Shown: in pieces, positions 12,240 to 23,917 of the stretch
Numbering within the stretch: position 1 is the stretch's first letter
Layout: each line of letters begins with the position of its first letter
Assembly (NCBI GenBank): GCA_030248215.1
Contig: JASANG010002365.1
Location: 496,001-528,218 of the forward strand
Length of the DNA: 32,218 bases
Source of the DNA: Enoplolaimus lenunculus
Lineage: Eukaryota
Direction of reading: 5' to 3'
The notes under the pieces: generated by a model
Databases searched by the model: none
Seen by the model: only the letters and a program-made list of their open reading frames with translations
Told to the model about the DNA's origin: nothing
Made by a program: the position numbers and the translations under genes

Positions 12240-12436
12240 GGCCCATGTATAGAACAGGGCCGGAACAGTAGTATAAGCATATTCCTAAGCCTAAGCCTTA
12301 GCCTAAGCGTATGGATCAGCGAGCCTATTCCTCAGCCTCAGCCTAAGCCTAAGCCTAAGCCTAAGCCTTAGTCTAAGCGTAACGATGAGCTTATTCCTAA
12401 GCCTAAGCCTAAGCAAAAAATATCTATACATGGGCC
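12240..12436 (-). mobile_element. Intact telomere-repeat-carrying MITE (Merlin-like)
   Basis: Perfect 14-bp terminal inverted repeats GGCCCATGTATAGA / TCTATACATGGGCC, perfect 8-bp TSD CTGGCTTC (12232-12239 and 12437-12444), and three GCCTAA blocks inside. Confidence 0.92.
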
Positions 12437-12574
12437 CTGGCTTCAAAGACATGAACCAAAACTGGTGTGTTGGTTTAAATTCGCCTTTAGACCAAACTTT
12501 AGTCCAAAACTTTTGAGACAATTTTATTTGATGGATTAACAAGCTGTATAGCAATGCCGCAGTGGTGCATGAAC

Positions 12575-12851
12575 GAGCCTACAGAAAAAGGGTGGCCAGG
12601 GGCCTTTAGCCCTTCCCCTCAAAAATTTTTGTCCCCTCCAAATTTTCAACCTTGCTTGCACGTCATCGAAACCTCTTGTATGCCGCCTGCTGAATAATGT
12701 TGAGTCCCGTAATTAGGGCGGCGCAAGACAGTTCAGCTGTCCCTGGCGAACATTAGCGTCCACCTAGAAAATTTTCAACCTTGCTTGTAAAGTCATGGAA
12801 TAATACCTTGTACGCTTCTGCTAAAAATTGTTTCGCTGCCAATAGCAACAG
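12575..12851 (+). mobile_element. Two adjacent degenerate family B hAT-like MITE cores
   Basis: AAATTTTCAACCTTGCTTG core at about 12640 and 12768; ends ...GCAGGCCTG. Confidence 0.6.
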
Positions 12852-12985
12852 CGAACTGGCAAGCAGGCCTGCGTAAACAAGAATTGTAATTGGTCAATTT
12901 GACATCGAAACAAAACGACTAAACTATTGGTTGTTAGAATGAATTTGGACAAAATCATTAAGGTTTAATAAGGCAATGAGTTTAG

Positions 12986-13442
12986 CGCGGAACAGTATTG
13001 TAAACATATTCCTAAGCCTAAGCCTAAGCCTAAGCCTAACCGTAAACATACGAATGAGCATATTCCTAAGCCTAAGCCTAAGCCTAACCGTAAACATACG
13101 AATGAGCATATTCCTAAGCCTAAGCCTAAGCCTAACCGTAACCATACGAATGAGCATGTTTCTAAGCCTAAGCCTAAGCCTAAGCCTAACCGTAAACATA
13201 CGAATGAGCATATTCCTAAGCCTAAGCCTAAGCCTAAGCCTAACCGTAAACATACGAATGAGCATATTCCTAAGCCTAAGCCTAAGCCTAACCGTAACCA
13301 TACGAATGAGCATATTCCTAAGCCTAAGCCTAAAAGCGCCTAAACCTAAGCCAAGCCAAAAAAATTAGTCAAAAGCATAAGTTTACTGTTTTCTAGTACC
13401 ACAGAAAAAAAACGTTCCGTCCCTGATCTTTATACATGGGCC
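12986..13442 (-). mobile_element. Telomere-repeat MITE with an array of ~42-48-bp units
   Basis: About 7 units of CCGTAAACATACGAATGAGCATATT plus (CCTAAG)3-4; right end TATACATGGGCC. Left terminus not recognisable. Confidence 0.8.
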
Positions 13443-14042
13443 AGTGCCAGTACCCAATTTGACTGCAAACCATCTCCGTCAGTTGGTACACCCTTTGCAA
13501 AGTTGAATTTTACCATCAAACTGTGGACTGAATTCACGTGATATTTTCGTTTCGTTTCTGCTAAATATTTGCCCCAAGAGAACAATAAACAAAACCCCGA
13601 AACAGTTGTTGCCAATGCATCAGCTCTAAATTTGGAACCAAAAAACAGAACCCAAAATTCAAAACTTTTTAAACTCTCAGACCCGGATCGAGTGATTTTT
13701 AGTTTTTTTGAGAGAAAATCAACTTTAATTTAAATGTATTTCAGCGAACGAGGTTTATAGGCTGAACGGGAAAAAATTGTCAATTCGAAAGCAATGAGTA
13801 GAATCAGTTTCCTGAGGGGGACACCCTTCGGCAGAAGGTATATCGCTCCATATGCCCCCAGCTACGAACTGTGAATTAAAATATTGCTTATTTAACAGTT
13901 GCGAACAATTGTTATAGTCGTCACAAAAGACTTTTACTTAAATTGCAGTAGAATTTGGTTTGTATAATTTTTGTAAAAAATGTTAAATTTTACCATCACA
14001 AATTAAACACAAATGCGCAAGGGTTTTTGTTCGAAGAATATA

Positions 14043-14556
14043 CACTGTAAATTCCAATGAGTTGATTATAATCTGCTCAACTAGCGAGTTAATTATTTCT
14101 GATGGCAATAAGCATTCATTCAAGCTGAGATAGCTTGATTTTCACTGTGAGTGAAGTTGGTTTTGGCTGAGTTGATTAATTCTACTCAGAATGAGTTGAT
14201 TTGAATCGGAAGTTTGAGCGTCTACCATTATTGAAAAAAGTTGTACTAAAGTGTAATAGTAGCATAGTATCCAGAATGCCAAGACGGGATCGTCGAGGAT
14301 CTTACCCCACATCCAGTGAGTTGATTTTAACTCTGAACGAGCTGAATCCACAGAGAAAACAGAGCTATCAATTAGGTATTTCAGAACTCAGAATTTTGAA
14401 TTGATTGAACTCATTGCGAGTTAATTAATTAACTCAGCCAGAATCATTAACTCAGCACAACGCGAGTTGATGTTTCTTGTACGTAACTCAGAAATAACCA
14501 GAAATAAACTAATTTGCTTTCTGAGCTGATTAATCAACTCATCGGAATTTACAGTG
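14043..14556. mobile_element. CACTA/CMC-like non-autonomous element (CACTG termini)
   Basis: Terminal inverted repeats CACTGTAAATTCC.ATGAGTTGATT / AATCAACTCAT.GGAATTTACAGTG. Many TGAGTTGA/TCAACTCA motifs. Flanks TA/TG. Confidence 0.85.
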
Positions 14557-15500
14557 TGCAGTCAAAAGCATAAAAACCATTATTGTGCTTAAGTAAAGTT
14601 TTACAGGAGTGCAGCCAAAAGCATAAAAACCATTATTGTGCTTAAGTAAAGTTTTACAGGAGTGCAGTCAAAAGCATAAAAACCATTATTGTGCTTAAGT
14701 AAAGTTTTACAGGAGTGCAGCCAAAAGCATAAAAACCATTATTGTGCTTAAGTAAAGTTTTATGCGGGGTTCACGTTATAACCAGGGCAGGCGGGACACG
14801 GTTTGTCCCATGTTGATTCGACGTCAAAGTTAAAATTCGGGCTCTCATATCGGGTCAATAGACAAAACTCGAATGTCATATGATATTAGCTTACAAGCCA
14901 CCGCTCTCAAATGATCAATGTGTACAAGGGACGGTATGTCACGTGATACGGTGGGACATTTATGCGAATATCATATGATATTCCAAAATTTCAACGAAGA
15001 TCACATGATATTCAGCGGCACAGTGTAACCTTTGGGTACTAATAAATGAATGAAAAGTTGGACGGAAGAGGCACAACGCACTGTAAATACCAAATACATG
15101 CCTGCAAACTGTTTCCGACACAAAATCGCTTAAAACCACAGCTTCATAATTCAAAAATTCAAATTTCAAATTCTAGTATCATATGATATTCAACAGGACA
15201 ATTTGGGTATGTTACTTCAACTATACAGACATTTGAAAATATATCATATGATATTCGCAGACAATACCTCGAATATCATATGATATTGAAGGACAAAAGG
15301 TGACCTACACATGTTATTAGCAGACAAATACGAATTTTTGAATACGATATGGGGTCTACAAGTAGACAAAATGTTACCCAGTAGTCTTATAGGGACAAAA
15401 CGTGTCCCAAGCTGCCCCTGTTATAACGTGAACCCCGCATTACAGGAGTGCAGCCAAAAGCATAAAAACAATTATTGTGCTTAAGTAAAGTTTTACAGGA
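14557..15500. repeat. 53-bp tandem array (5 copies) interrupted by a transposon
   Basis: Unit GTGCAGYCAAAAGCATAAAAACCATTATTGTGCTTAAGTAAAGTTTTACAGGA starts at about 14556, 14609, 14662, 14715 and 15448. Confidence 0.92.
14763..15439. mobile_element. PIF/Harbinger-like MITE (677 bp)
   Basis: Terminal inverted repeats TGCGGGGTTCACGTTATAAC / GTTATAACGTGAACCCCGCA (perfect 20 bp, extending imperfectly). The TTA TSD is confirmed by the empty site in the sister repeat units. Confidence 0.92.
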
Positions 15501-15577
15501 ATAACTCTCACTTATTACCAATCATACGCCACCGAAAATTGCAAATATAAAATTATTTTATCCATTGCGGTTCAAAC

Positions 15578-16312
15578 GATACCCATTTTTTTAAACTTTC
15601 AATCCATTTTTTTAAACTTTCAATCCATTTTTTTAAACTTGCAATCCATTTTTTAAACTTTCAATCCATTTTTAAACTTTCAATCCATTTTTTTAAACTT
15701 TCAATCCAGTTTTTTTAAACTTTCAATCCATTTTTTTAAGCTTTCAATCCATTTTTTTAAACTTTCAATCCAATTTTTTTAAACTTTCAATCCATTTGTT
15801 TAAACTTTCAATCCATTGTTTTAAACTTTCAATCCAATTTTTTTAAACTTTCAATCCATTTTTTTAAACTTTCAATCCAATTTTTTTAAACTTTCAATCC
15901 ATTTTTTTAAACTTTCAATCCATTTTTATAAACTTTCAATCCATTTTTTTAAACTTTCAATCCATTTTTTTAAACTTTCAATCCATTTTTTTAAAACTTT
16001 CAATCCATTTTTTTAAACTTTCAATCCATTTTTTTTTTTAAACTTTCAATCCATTTTTTTAAATCTTTCAATCCATTTTTTAAACTTCCAATCATTTTTT
16101 TAAACTTCCAATCATTTTTTTTAAACTTTCAATCCATTTTTTCAAACTTTCAATCCATTTTTTTAAACTTTCAATCCATTTTTTTTTAAACTTTCAATCC
16201 ATTTTTTTAAACTTTCAATCCATTTTTTTAAACTTTCAATCCATTTTTTTAAACTTTCAATCCATTTTTTTAAACTTTCAATCCATTTTTTTAAACTTTC
16301 AATCCATTTTTT
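15578..16312. repeat. Satellite of ~22-bp unit (AAACTTTCAATCCA plus T6-9), about 30 or more copies
   Basis: Directly visible tandem array with variable T-tract length. Confidence 0.97.
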
Positions 16313-16424
16313 GTTAAAACTGTATCTCACGGGTTCCATGTAAACTACAAATTTTCCTGATTGAAATCTTTTTATAAAATTTCACTCATACTTTGAAAAC
16401 GCAATCGCAGTTAAACCGGTGCAT

Positions 16425-16570
16425 AACCCGTCATTTGGGGTCTCCATTCCAAAAAGAGTCTCCACCCTAAAAATTACCAAAAATTTAAAAAATATTTTGA
16501 TCATCGCAACGGGCCTCGACCCTGGAATTTAAGGTATCACACGCACCGTAGCCAGTTCTGGCACTCTCAG
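16425..16570 (+). repeat. Dispersed repeat related to 570-977 and 30485-30870
   Basis: Shared CCAAAA.GAGT...CCCTAA...AAAAATATTTTGATCATC.CAA.GGG...ACCCTGGAATTT. Class unknown. Confidence 0.55.
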
Positions 16571-17004
16571 TACGCAGTTCGATCGTTTACCGGTACGGTA
16601 CAACAACAGGTGTCGATTTGAACAACGGTTCTACTACAGGTTTCGTTCAAGAAAGTTAATTTTTAGTCGCTCTGATTTATAAAATTAAATATATGTTTGC
16701 AAAATTGTGAAGTAAATTTTTTACAAAATTTTCAAATTTATTTTCATTTTGTCACGAATTTTAACACCGTTTCAGCGGTGTCTGTTTGACGGGGGTTTTG
16801 TAAAAACTGGGTGCTTAAATTAAAAAAATGCCAAATTATCCCATTTTCAACCATTTGTCCTGAAAAGTGATGCAAAATTGTGACAAAAATTTGACTTCAA
16901 ACGGATGCCGGCAACGTACAACCGCCATTTATCCGTCGATTGAATTTACTTCCTTGTTCCCAATTGGATAATACACTGCTACGCCCCAAAGATGTCCGTA
17001 GTTT

Positions 17005-17186
17005 GGCCAAACGCTACTTTAAGGGGCGTAACAGTAGATTATGCGTATTCCTAAGCCTAAGCCTGAACGCTACAAAAATAAGTTCCTAAACCTAAGCCTA
17101 AGCAACAAAAAATGTAATCTACAATCTAAACCGACTCTTTTATAAACCTGCCAGAAACCTGGACGCTCCTTAAAGTAACATGGGCC
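17005..17186 (-). mobile_element. Telomere-repeat MITE, short unamplified form (Merlin-like)
   Basis: Termini GGCCAA..CTACTTTAAGG / CCTTAAAGTAACATGGGCC; TSD CGTAGTTT / CGTTGTTT (7/8). Reverse-complement homologue of 2769-3165 with only one internal unit. Confidence 0.85.
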
Positions 17187-17632
17187 CGTTGTTTTAATAA
17201 CGTTGAAAAACATAAATATATACCTAAAATCTCGATTTGAGTTCAAATTTAAACCATATTCAGTGTAGAAAAACATCCATTCAAACAGTTATAGTCTTAC
17301 TGTATGAACAATCTATAGCAATAAGAGTAGCCACGGTTTCAGAAAGGTGAACCGGTAATAGGCTCCATAACCATTTCGAAGACGGGATTCTACAGCCGTC
17401 AACTGTCAAAAATTTCCAAAAAACACCCCTGGACAAAAAACACAAAGGGGAAACGATGGTCACCCCCTCCCACCGTTTAGCTGGCGTCCTTGACCATCAC
17501 ATTTACGGTTGTTCCATCCAATCCCTGCGGCTATATTCTAAGTGATTAGTATATACTAGAACATAGAGCATACAACTTAAACCAATTTCCATAAGCGAAA
17601 AACAACACCAACCAGAGACACAAACCTGTTTT

Positions 17633-17806
17633 TGAACCAGTAGCCAGAAAAAGGCCATTGGGGGGCGCCGTCTCTCCCTGGAACAATTTTGCTCGTCGGC
17701 TAGAAAATTTTCAACCTTACTTGAAAGTCGACGACATCCGTTGTATGATCTATCTGGAATTCTGTTCCGCCTTCCCCTCGTAGACAACTGAGCTGGCTAC
17801 GGGCCG
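17633..17806 (+). mobile_element. hAT-like MITE family B
   Basis: GTAGCCAG left motif, family core, and GAGCTGGCTACGGGCC right end. Confidence 0.7.
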
Positions 17807-18574
17807 GGCTGATTTGGCAAACAGAAATAGCCTAAACCAATTACCACTACCCCAATAAAACTCGCGTGTGTAGCGAAATGAATGCGCATTTGCCAGATTT
17901 GCCAGAGTAAAATTAGGCACAACTCTGTGTTGTTGTTATTAGCCAAAACCAGAAACCCCATTCGAAAGACAACAATTGTGGTAAACCTGTTTTGGTCAAA
18001 ACATACACAATGGTAATATTGTAGGCACAAGCTATGTATAAATATCGGTACTTGCTTCGACCCAAGTATTAATATTCCCGCAAAACGATCCTAAACCTAA
18101 GCCTAAAAGAACACGTCTTAGCTTAAGCCAAAGCCTAAGCCTAAAAAGGCATGGTTTGAGTGCCTACGCCTAATCATGTGATAATGTAAATAAGATTGCG
18201 TTCATTTCAAATTCGTCAACATATTTATATGCCCACAGGCACGATTCTGATAATCCAAGGAAAAACATAATAATTGAATTTATCTCACCTCTGGGGGGTC
18301 CTTGCGTTTACTGTTACAGATCTGTTAGCCAGCTCAAGTAATTTTACCCCCTGCTAAAAATTTGAACACATTGTATTATTGATTTAGGTAATATACAGGT
18401 TTCCAATTAATTTTAGAATATTTCTGGTTATTTTTTGGTTTTCGAGAAACTACGTGATGTTTCGCGAGCCGGAGTGGAATGGGACAACGGAGGCATCACC
18501 CACATGGTCACCTTGCAGCTTAGCAAATCACCGCCCCCCTCCGCTCCTTACGCCAACACGAAAATTAGAGCATG

Positions 18575-18807
18575 CGCTGTAAATTCGAATGAGTTGATCA
18601 ATCAATTCAGTTTGCGAGTTGGTTATTTCTGAATTAATATCAGTAAACATTAACTCATTCTGAGTTGAGTTGACTCTGGACGGTGAGTTGATTAATTAAC
18701 TCAGAATCAATTGAAGCAACTCAAAATGCTGAGTTCTCATAGTCCTAACTCAGACTGAGTAATTCAACTCATTCTGAGTTAAAATCAACTCACTGAAATT
18801 TACAATG
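18575..18807. mobile_element. CACTA/CMC-like non-autonomous element
   Basis: CGCTGTAAATTC ... GAAATTTACAATG; 2-bp TSD TG/TG; homologous to 24415-24666. Confidence 0.8.
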
Positions 18808-19002
18808 TGAGTTGAAATTAGGCATACAAAATCTGTAATGTCACAAGGAGTAATTAAAAATAAAAAATGGGTTCAGCTTACTTAGAAATGTAAACGCAAC
18901 TTTATTCAAACATTTCCAGGTGCTTATTTTTACAATCAAAATATTCAGCGGCAACAAATCTTGACTTATATTCCTTGCTATTCCACACACAGTTGTTCAA
19001 TT

Positions 19003-19167
19003 ATCCCGTAGCCAGCTCACCTCGCTCGAGGGCTGGAAACCTTTTCAGAAGGTTCATATAAAAAAGTTTTTAATGACTTGCAATCAAGGTTGAAAATTTT
19101 CTAGAGGGGCCAAAAAATTTTCCCGACGGGGTGAACCTTCCTGGCTCCAACCTGTGGCTAGGGACCA
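19003..19167 (-). mobile_element. hAT-like MITE family B
   Basis: CCCGTAGCCAGCTCACC start and reverse-complement family core. Confidence 0.7.
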
Positions 19168-19894
19168 AACGTGAAAAAAGAGGGTAATTTATCAATATAG
19201 TAAAATTCGGTCCGTGCTTAAAATTAAGTTATTTCGAAAAATTTTTTGAACAAAAAACATTACATTAAACGCACTTGCGTTTGACGAAAAATAAAGTGAC
19301 TTGTGTGTTTAACATTAAAAATTAATTTTTCAATCAATTATGACACTTTATTTTTCGGTATTTTTATGGTTGTGTTTTTTAGTTTGTTTTCTAGCAATGT
19401 CTGTGTATTAATCAATGGCAATTGTTTGTCGTTGTAAAAAGTCAAAATATTAACAATTTTGTTTGCATTTCGCATATATTTTTTTGCTTTTAAACAATGA
19501 TTAATGACACGTAACACTATATAATGTAGTAAAATTAAGAAAAAAATTCCGTTTCAAGCCGAATTTGGTAACGCTACGCAAAAATGGGCTCTTGTACACT
19601 TTTTTCCACTCAGGGCCGGAGCAGCCACTCCCCATATCCCCATTTTGGGGAGGGGCACCTCTAAAGGGGTCCCACCCTAACCGGTTGAATCAAAAACCGC
19701 TTAAGTTTCAAATTGCGTCTGGCTTATCGTTCGGTTCGCTGGGGAAACGTGTACAAGAGGTCGCAAATGCTTCTGAATTGAAGCATTGGATTATGTCATA
19801 GAGTAAAATGACGTCGGTAAACTGGACTGGTGGTTTGGTGAACCACAAGGCAAATGAGCGGATCACATGACGGCGACCCTGATCATTCCATACC

Positions 19895-20010
19895 CGAATT
19901 TAAATTTTTGAAAAATTGGAATTTTTGAAAAATTTGAATTTTTGAAAAATTTGAATTTTTGAAAATTTAAATTTTTGAAAAATTTGAATTTCTGAAAAAT
20001 TCGAATTTTT
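19895..20010. repeat. ~19-bp tandem repeat (GAATTTTTGAAAAATTT-like)
   Basis: About 6 imperfect copies. Confidence 0.85.
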
Positions 20011-20282
20011 ATAAGTTTATTCTTCAAAAAATGCAACTTTTGAAGTTCGAATACCTCGCTGGAATTGAAAAAGCGTTTAAAAAGTTCAAGGTTTAATATC
20101 GCTCCCAGCTGGTGGGAATTCCCCAAAAATTTTGCTACCTCCAAGATTGGGTTCACTTAAAACCATAAAATGTTCAATTTTGACCAACATACAGGAATTA
20201 TACGTTTTCCAGCTTATGCGAAATCGCGGCGTATTCATATACGCATCTTGTAGTACCAAAACGTACGGTATAGTGAGCCATT

Positions 20283-20642
20283 GGCTGGGTTTCTGAAATG
20301 TTGCTTAAATATTTACTTAAGCTTTGCTCGAGTAATTACTCAAGTGGATGACTTAAGTAAATAGTTCACTTTTTAAACAAAACAGCTAAATGCCAAATGT
20401 GAGCCATTGTCATTACAGAAAAGTTAGTCTTGTTTTATATTGAGGAGGCACCACGAGTCTACAATTGAGCTAAACCAAAGGTTAGCAAACTTGAACGATT
20501 AATTTGTAATCTGTCCGATTTAGTCAGCGATTTAAGTATTTACTTAAGTACGCTTTTAAAAGTGATACAAAATGGCTAAATAATTACTTAACACGTACTT
20601 AAGTACCAAATAATACTTAAGTAGGGTTTCGGAAACCCAGCC
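20283..20642. mobile_element. MITE family E, 3-bp TSD (PIF/Harbinger-related)
   Basis: Terminal inverted repeats GGCTGGGTTTC.GAAA / TTTC.GAAACCCAGCC; ATT on both flanks; internal ACTTAAGT palindromes. Confidence 0.8.
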
Positions 20643-20663
20643 ATTATAGTGAAAAGTTTGCAT

Positions 20664-20735
20664 GGCTGCGTAGCTCAGTGATTACAGCATTGAACCAGTA
20701 ATCCGTACTCGCGATTTCGAGCCCCACCGCATTCA
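20664..20735 (+). pseudogene. Degenerate tRNA-like sequence (tRNA pseudogene or SINE head)
   Basis: A-box TAGCTCAGTGA and B-box-like TTCGAGCCC at tRNA spacing. Acceptor stem GGCTGCG/CGCATTC pairs 6/7. Anticodon and T stems are poorly paired. Confidence 0.5.
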
Positions 20736-20787
20736 CAGCAAAATTTTCGTCAAGGAATCTATATGGTACTGATTAACTTCCAATTAA

Positions 20788-21049
20788 CCCCTTCTCACAT
20801 TGAGTTGCCTATAGGCAACTCAGCGCAGTGTATATACGTTAAATAGTATATATCGCATCGTGTTTAACAATTGCAACACGTATACGTACTACTAAATCAC
20901 CACAAGACGTGAGAACGCCCTCGGGCTCGAGCGTCAAGCTCCTATAGCTGAGTGGTGAAGGTATACGCCTCCCACTCCAGTCACCGGAGTTCGAATCCTA
21001 GCATAAAGTAGGTCTCAGGGGAAATAGAAAATATTCATGTGAGAAAGTG
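20788..21049 (+). mobile_element. piggyBac-like MITE containing a tRNA-like Pol III module
   Basis: TTAA on both sides; termini CCCCTTCTCACAT / ATGTGAGAAAGTG; A-box TAGCTGAGTGG (about 20946) and B-box GTTCGAATCC (about 20989). Inverted copy at 30542-30784. Confidence 0.85.
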
Positions 21050-21589
21050 TTAATATGAGGTTTATTTTTCTTATATGTATAACAAAAGGGTTAATATGAG
21101 GTCTATGTTTGCTTATATGTATAACAAAGAATATGCTAGAAGAAAAGCATCTTCCAGTGTTATCTCATAGACCTTTGATCAAAGCTCTTAACCGACTTGC
21201 GTTCTTGGTTCTTTATGAAAATATTGACAAGTATGCTTTTACGCGTCGTACCATACTCTCAATGCCGTCAATTCTATAAGCTCATTAAAAATAGCAAGAA
21301 ACCCTTAGAGAAATAATAGCTAACGTTAGCGTACGACCAGTCACTATTTGGCTATAACAGAAGCCAGTATGAAGTTCTATAAATGAACCTGTATGAAGAG
21401 TAAAAGGCGACAAGGACTTGTCGTACCGCCCAGGGGCATCCAACGGGATATGTTTGGTCCTGGGCCTCCCAAACGAATACGTGACAATGCGTCGTCCAGT
21501 GTCATACAGTCTATGAATAAATCTAAGCATAATTGTAAGTGTAATGTTAAGCTTAACACCTAAGTTTAAGCATAATGAAGAGTAACCAT

Positions 21590-21805
21590 AGGCCCGAAGT
21601 CAGCTCATCTTGTTAGTGGGGCTAAAAAATTTTCAGGAGGGGGCATAGAAGGATGATAGCAAACATCCACAAAAAAGATGAGGGGTGAAACGTTTTTGTG
21701 CGGGACTGCAATAGAGTAAGCTTAAGCTTTAGACTATTTTTTGCTTAGGTTTACTTTTTAAGCTTAAGCTTAGGCTTAGGAATATGCTTATACTGCGACG
21801 GGCCA
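21590..21805. mobile_element. Fragments of a family B MITE followed by a telomere-repeat MITE
   Basis: AGGCCCGAAGTCAGCTCA...TTTTCAGGAGGGGGCATA, then AATAGAGTAAGCTTAAGCTTTAGACTATTTTTTGCTTAGG...TTAGGAATATGC as in 5439-5622. Confidence 0.6.
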
Positions 21806-22547
21806 TACCTAACATACATTGATCGTTAAAGATGTATTTGTTTCAAACGTTTGCACCTTAACCGTAGTAAATATTGCCGGAAAAACTACGAAAAATTAGT
21901 TCTTGTATGCTGCACACTTACATGCTGTACGTGAGTGGGTAATAAGACAATTCGTCACCCGACAACTTGTAATTCGAAATTTTATCGACTCGACAATTCG
22001 TCGATCAAGTAACGCTTAGGCTTATGATTACGCTTAGAATATATGCTTAGAAGCATTCATAGCCTTTGGGACACTGTTGGGTGACAAGTTGTCGAGAGAC
22101 GGGTTGTCGTAGATTTACGCGAGCGGTACGTATACCTTTCTTGTAAACGAGGGTGTAAACGGATAGTAAAAATCACGAAAACGGATATTGAAGTGTAAAA
22201 GTTTCAAAATGTTATGGTTTTCTGCCACCACAATTGAAACGGCGCCAAATGTTCTCACATGGTCTTTCAAAAAATTTTTAGAAAAAGTGGTGGAATCATT
22301 GAAATTTTTAAGATTTTGGAAAAAATTTCGTAATTTTTATTTCATTTCGAACAATTATGCAGCATATCTGTAACAAAAAAATTGCGAGATATTTACGTGA
22401 TTTGTAAACTAATTTTGAACGTAAAAGTATCATAATTTGCGTTATTTCTAAAACGGAAACAGACGCAAATTTTTGTCGGAAACGAAAACTGATATCCGGT
22501 TACACTCTGCTACATAGTCTCCCCAATATCAGTATTAATTACAATCA

Positions 22548-22548
22548 C

Positions 22549-22594
<46 letters not shown>
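22548..22594. repeat. (AAT)n microsatellite
   Basis: About 15 perfect units. Confidence 0.97.
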
Positions 22595-22597
<3 letters not shown>

Positions 22598-23093
22598 CTT
22601 ACATTGAAAACCATAAACACAACGGAAGGCCGGGTACGACTCGAATATTTTGATTTATCCAATCGCAGCGAATGAACACAATCCCTCCCACCCCAACGAA
22701 AAGAAGTTCAATTTGACCGCAGCCAAATTTACAAACAACAAAAAATATATTTCCTAAGGCATCTTTCACTGAACCTTATTTAACTTTTCTGCATAGGGGG
22801 GGCAAAGATGACGGTAAGTTTGCGGGGTACCCCTCCGGCAGCTGATGCTCTGGCAAAACAACTTCTATAATATGAACAATGAATATTTGTTGAATAATTG
22901 ATATTTTAGTACCACCATACATGTGACTATCGAATATTGCAAGTTCATCGGCATTAAGTGTCATGCGTTTGTCAAGTGGCAAAATCACTAATTAAATTCA
23001 ACATGAAAGAGTCGGTTCGGTTTTGTAGTCTAGTGAAAAAGAATAACATAGCTACTAAATCGAACGCGGTGCTGTTATTTGGATAGCAACCTT

Positions 23094-23917
23094 GGTCAAT
23101 GTTGGGGTCCATAACAGTGTGTATAAACATGTTCCTAAGCCTAAGTATAAGCTTTAGACTAAGCTTTAGTGTACGGATAAGCCGATATCTTTGAGGGCCG
23201 TAACTGTAGTATAAACATATTGCTAAGTCTAAGTGCAAAGTTTAGACTAAGCTTTAGTGTACGGATAAGCCGATATCTTTGGGAGACGTAAAATAGTAGT
23301 ATAAGCATATTGCTAAGTCTAAGTGCAATCTTTAGACTAAGCTTTAGTGTACGGATAAGCCGATATCTTTGGGAGACGTAAAATAGTAGTATAAGCATAT
23401 TGCTAAGTCTAAGTGCAATCTTTAGACTAAGCTTTAGTGTACGGATAAGCCGATATCTTTGGGAGACGTAAAATAGTAGTATAAGCATATTGCTAAGTCT
23501 AAGTGCAATCTTTAGACTAAGCTTTAGTGTACGGATAAGCCGATATCTTTGGGAGACGTAAAATAGTAGTATAAGCATATTGCTAAGTCTAAGTGCAATC
23601 TTTAGACTAAGCTTTAGTGTACGGATAAGCCGATATCTTTGGGAGACGTAAAATAGTAGTATAAGCCTATTGCTAAGTCTAAGTGCAATCTTTAGACTAA
23701 GCTTTAGTGTACGGATAAGCCGATATCTTTGGGAGACGTAAAATAGTAGTATAAGCATATTGCTAACTCTAAATGTAAGGTTTAGACTAAGCCCCCAGTG
23801 TAAGAATAAGTCTATTACTAAGCCTTGGCTTAAGCAAAAAAATAGTCTGAAAGCTTAAACTTTTGACCGAATTGGAATCGGTCGGAATACCGGTACGCCC
23901 TCAAATAAATATGGGCC
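23094..23917 (-). mobile_element. Diverged telomere-repeat MITE containing a 90-bp tandem array (about 7-8 copies)
   Basis: GGGAGACGTA recurs at 23281, 23371, 23461, 23551, 23641 and 23731. Units contain decayed GCCTAA (GCTAAGTCTAAG). Family tail TAAGCAAAAAAATAGTCT...ATGGGCC. TSD not recognisable. Confidence 0.8.

Noticed and set aside
2850..13330. TTAGGC tracts as a true chromosome end or telomere-healing junction
   Set aside because: The tracts are short, interrupted, in both orientations and enclosed by terminal inverted repeats with TSDs.
11285..13368. ORFs rich in RL/SL/PK repeats (11285, 11295, 12303, 12924, 12976; also 5509)
   Set aside because: They are translations of TTAGGC/GCCTAA arrays inside MITEs, not proteins.
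18239..18337. Possible + strand exon (HDSDNPRKNIIIEFISPLGGPCVYCYRSVSQL), phase-compatible with the 25667 exon
   Set aside because: Weak splice sites, and its 3' part matches the family B motif TAGCCAGCTCA. No recognisable homology.
22596..22700. Minus-strand segment ending in GTAAGA as a receptor exon
   Set aside because: The open frames do not resemble NPR/guanylyl cyclase sequence and no good acceptor is visible.
23159..23758. 199-aa ORF with 30-aa repeats
   Set aside because: Read-through of the 90-bp tandem array.
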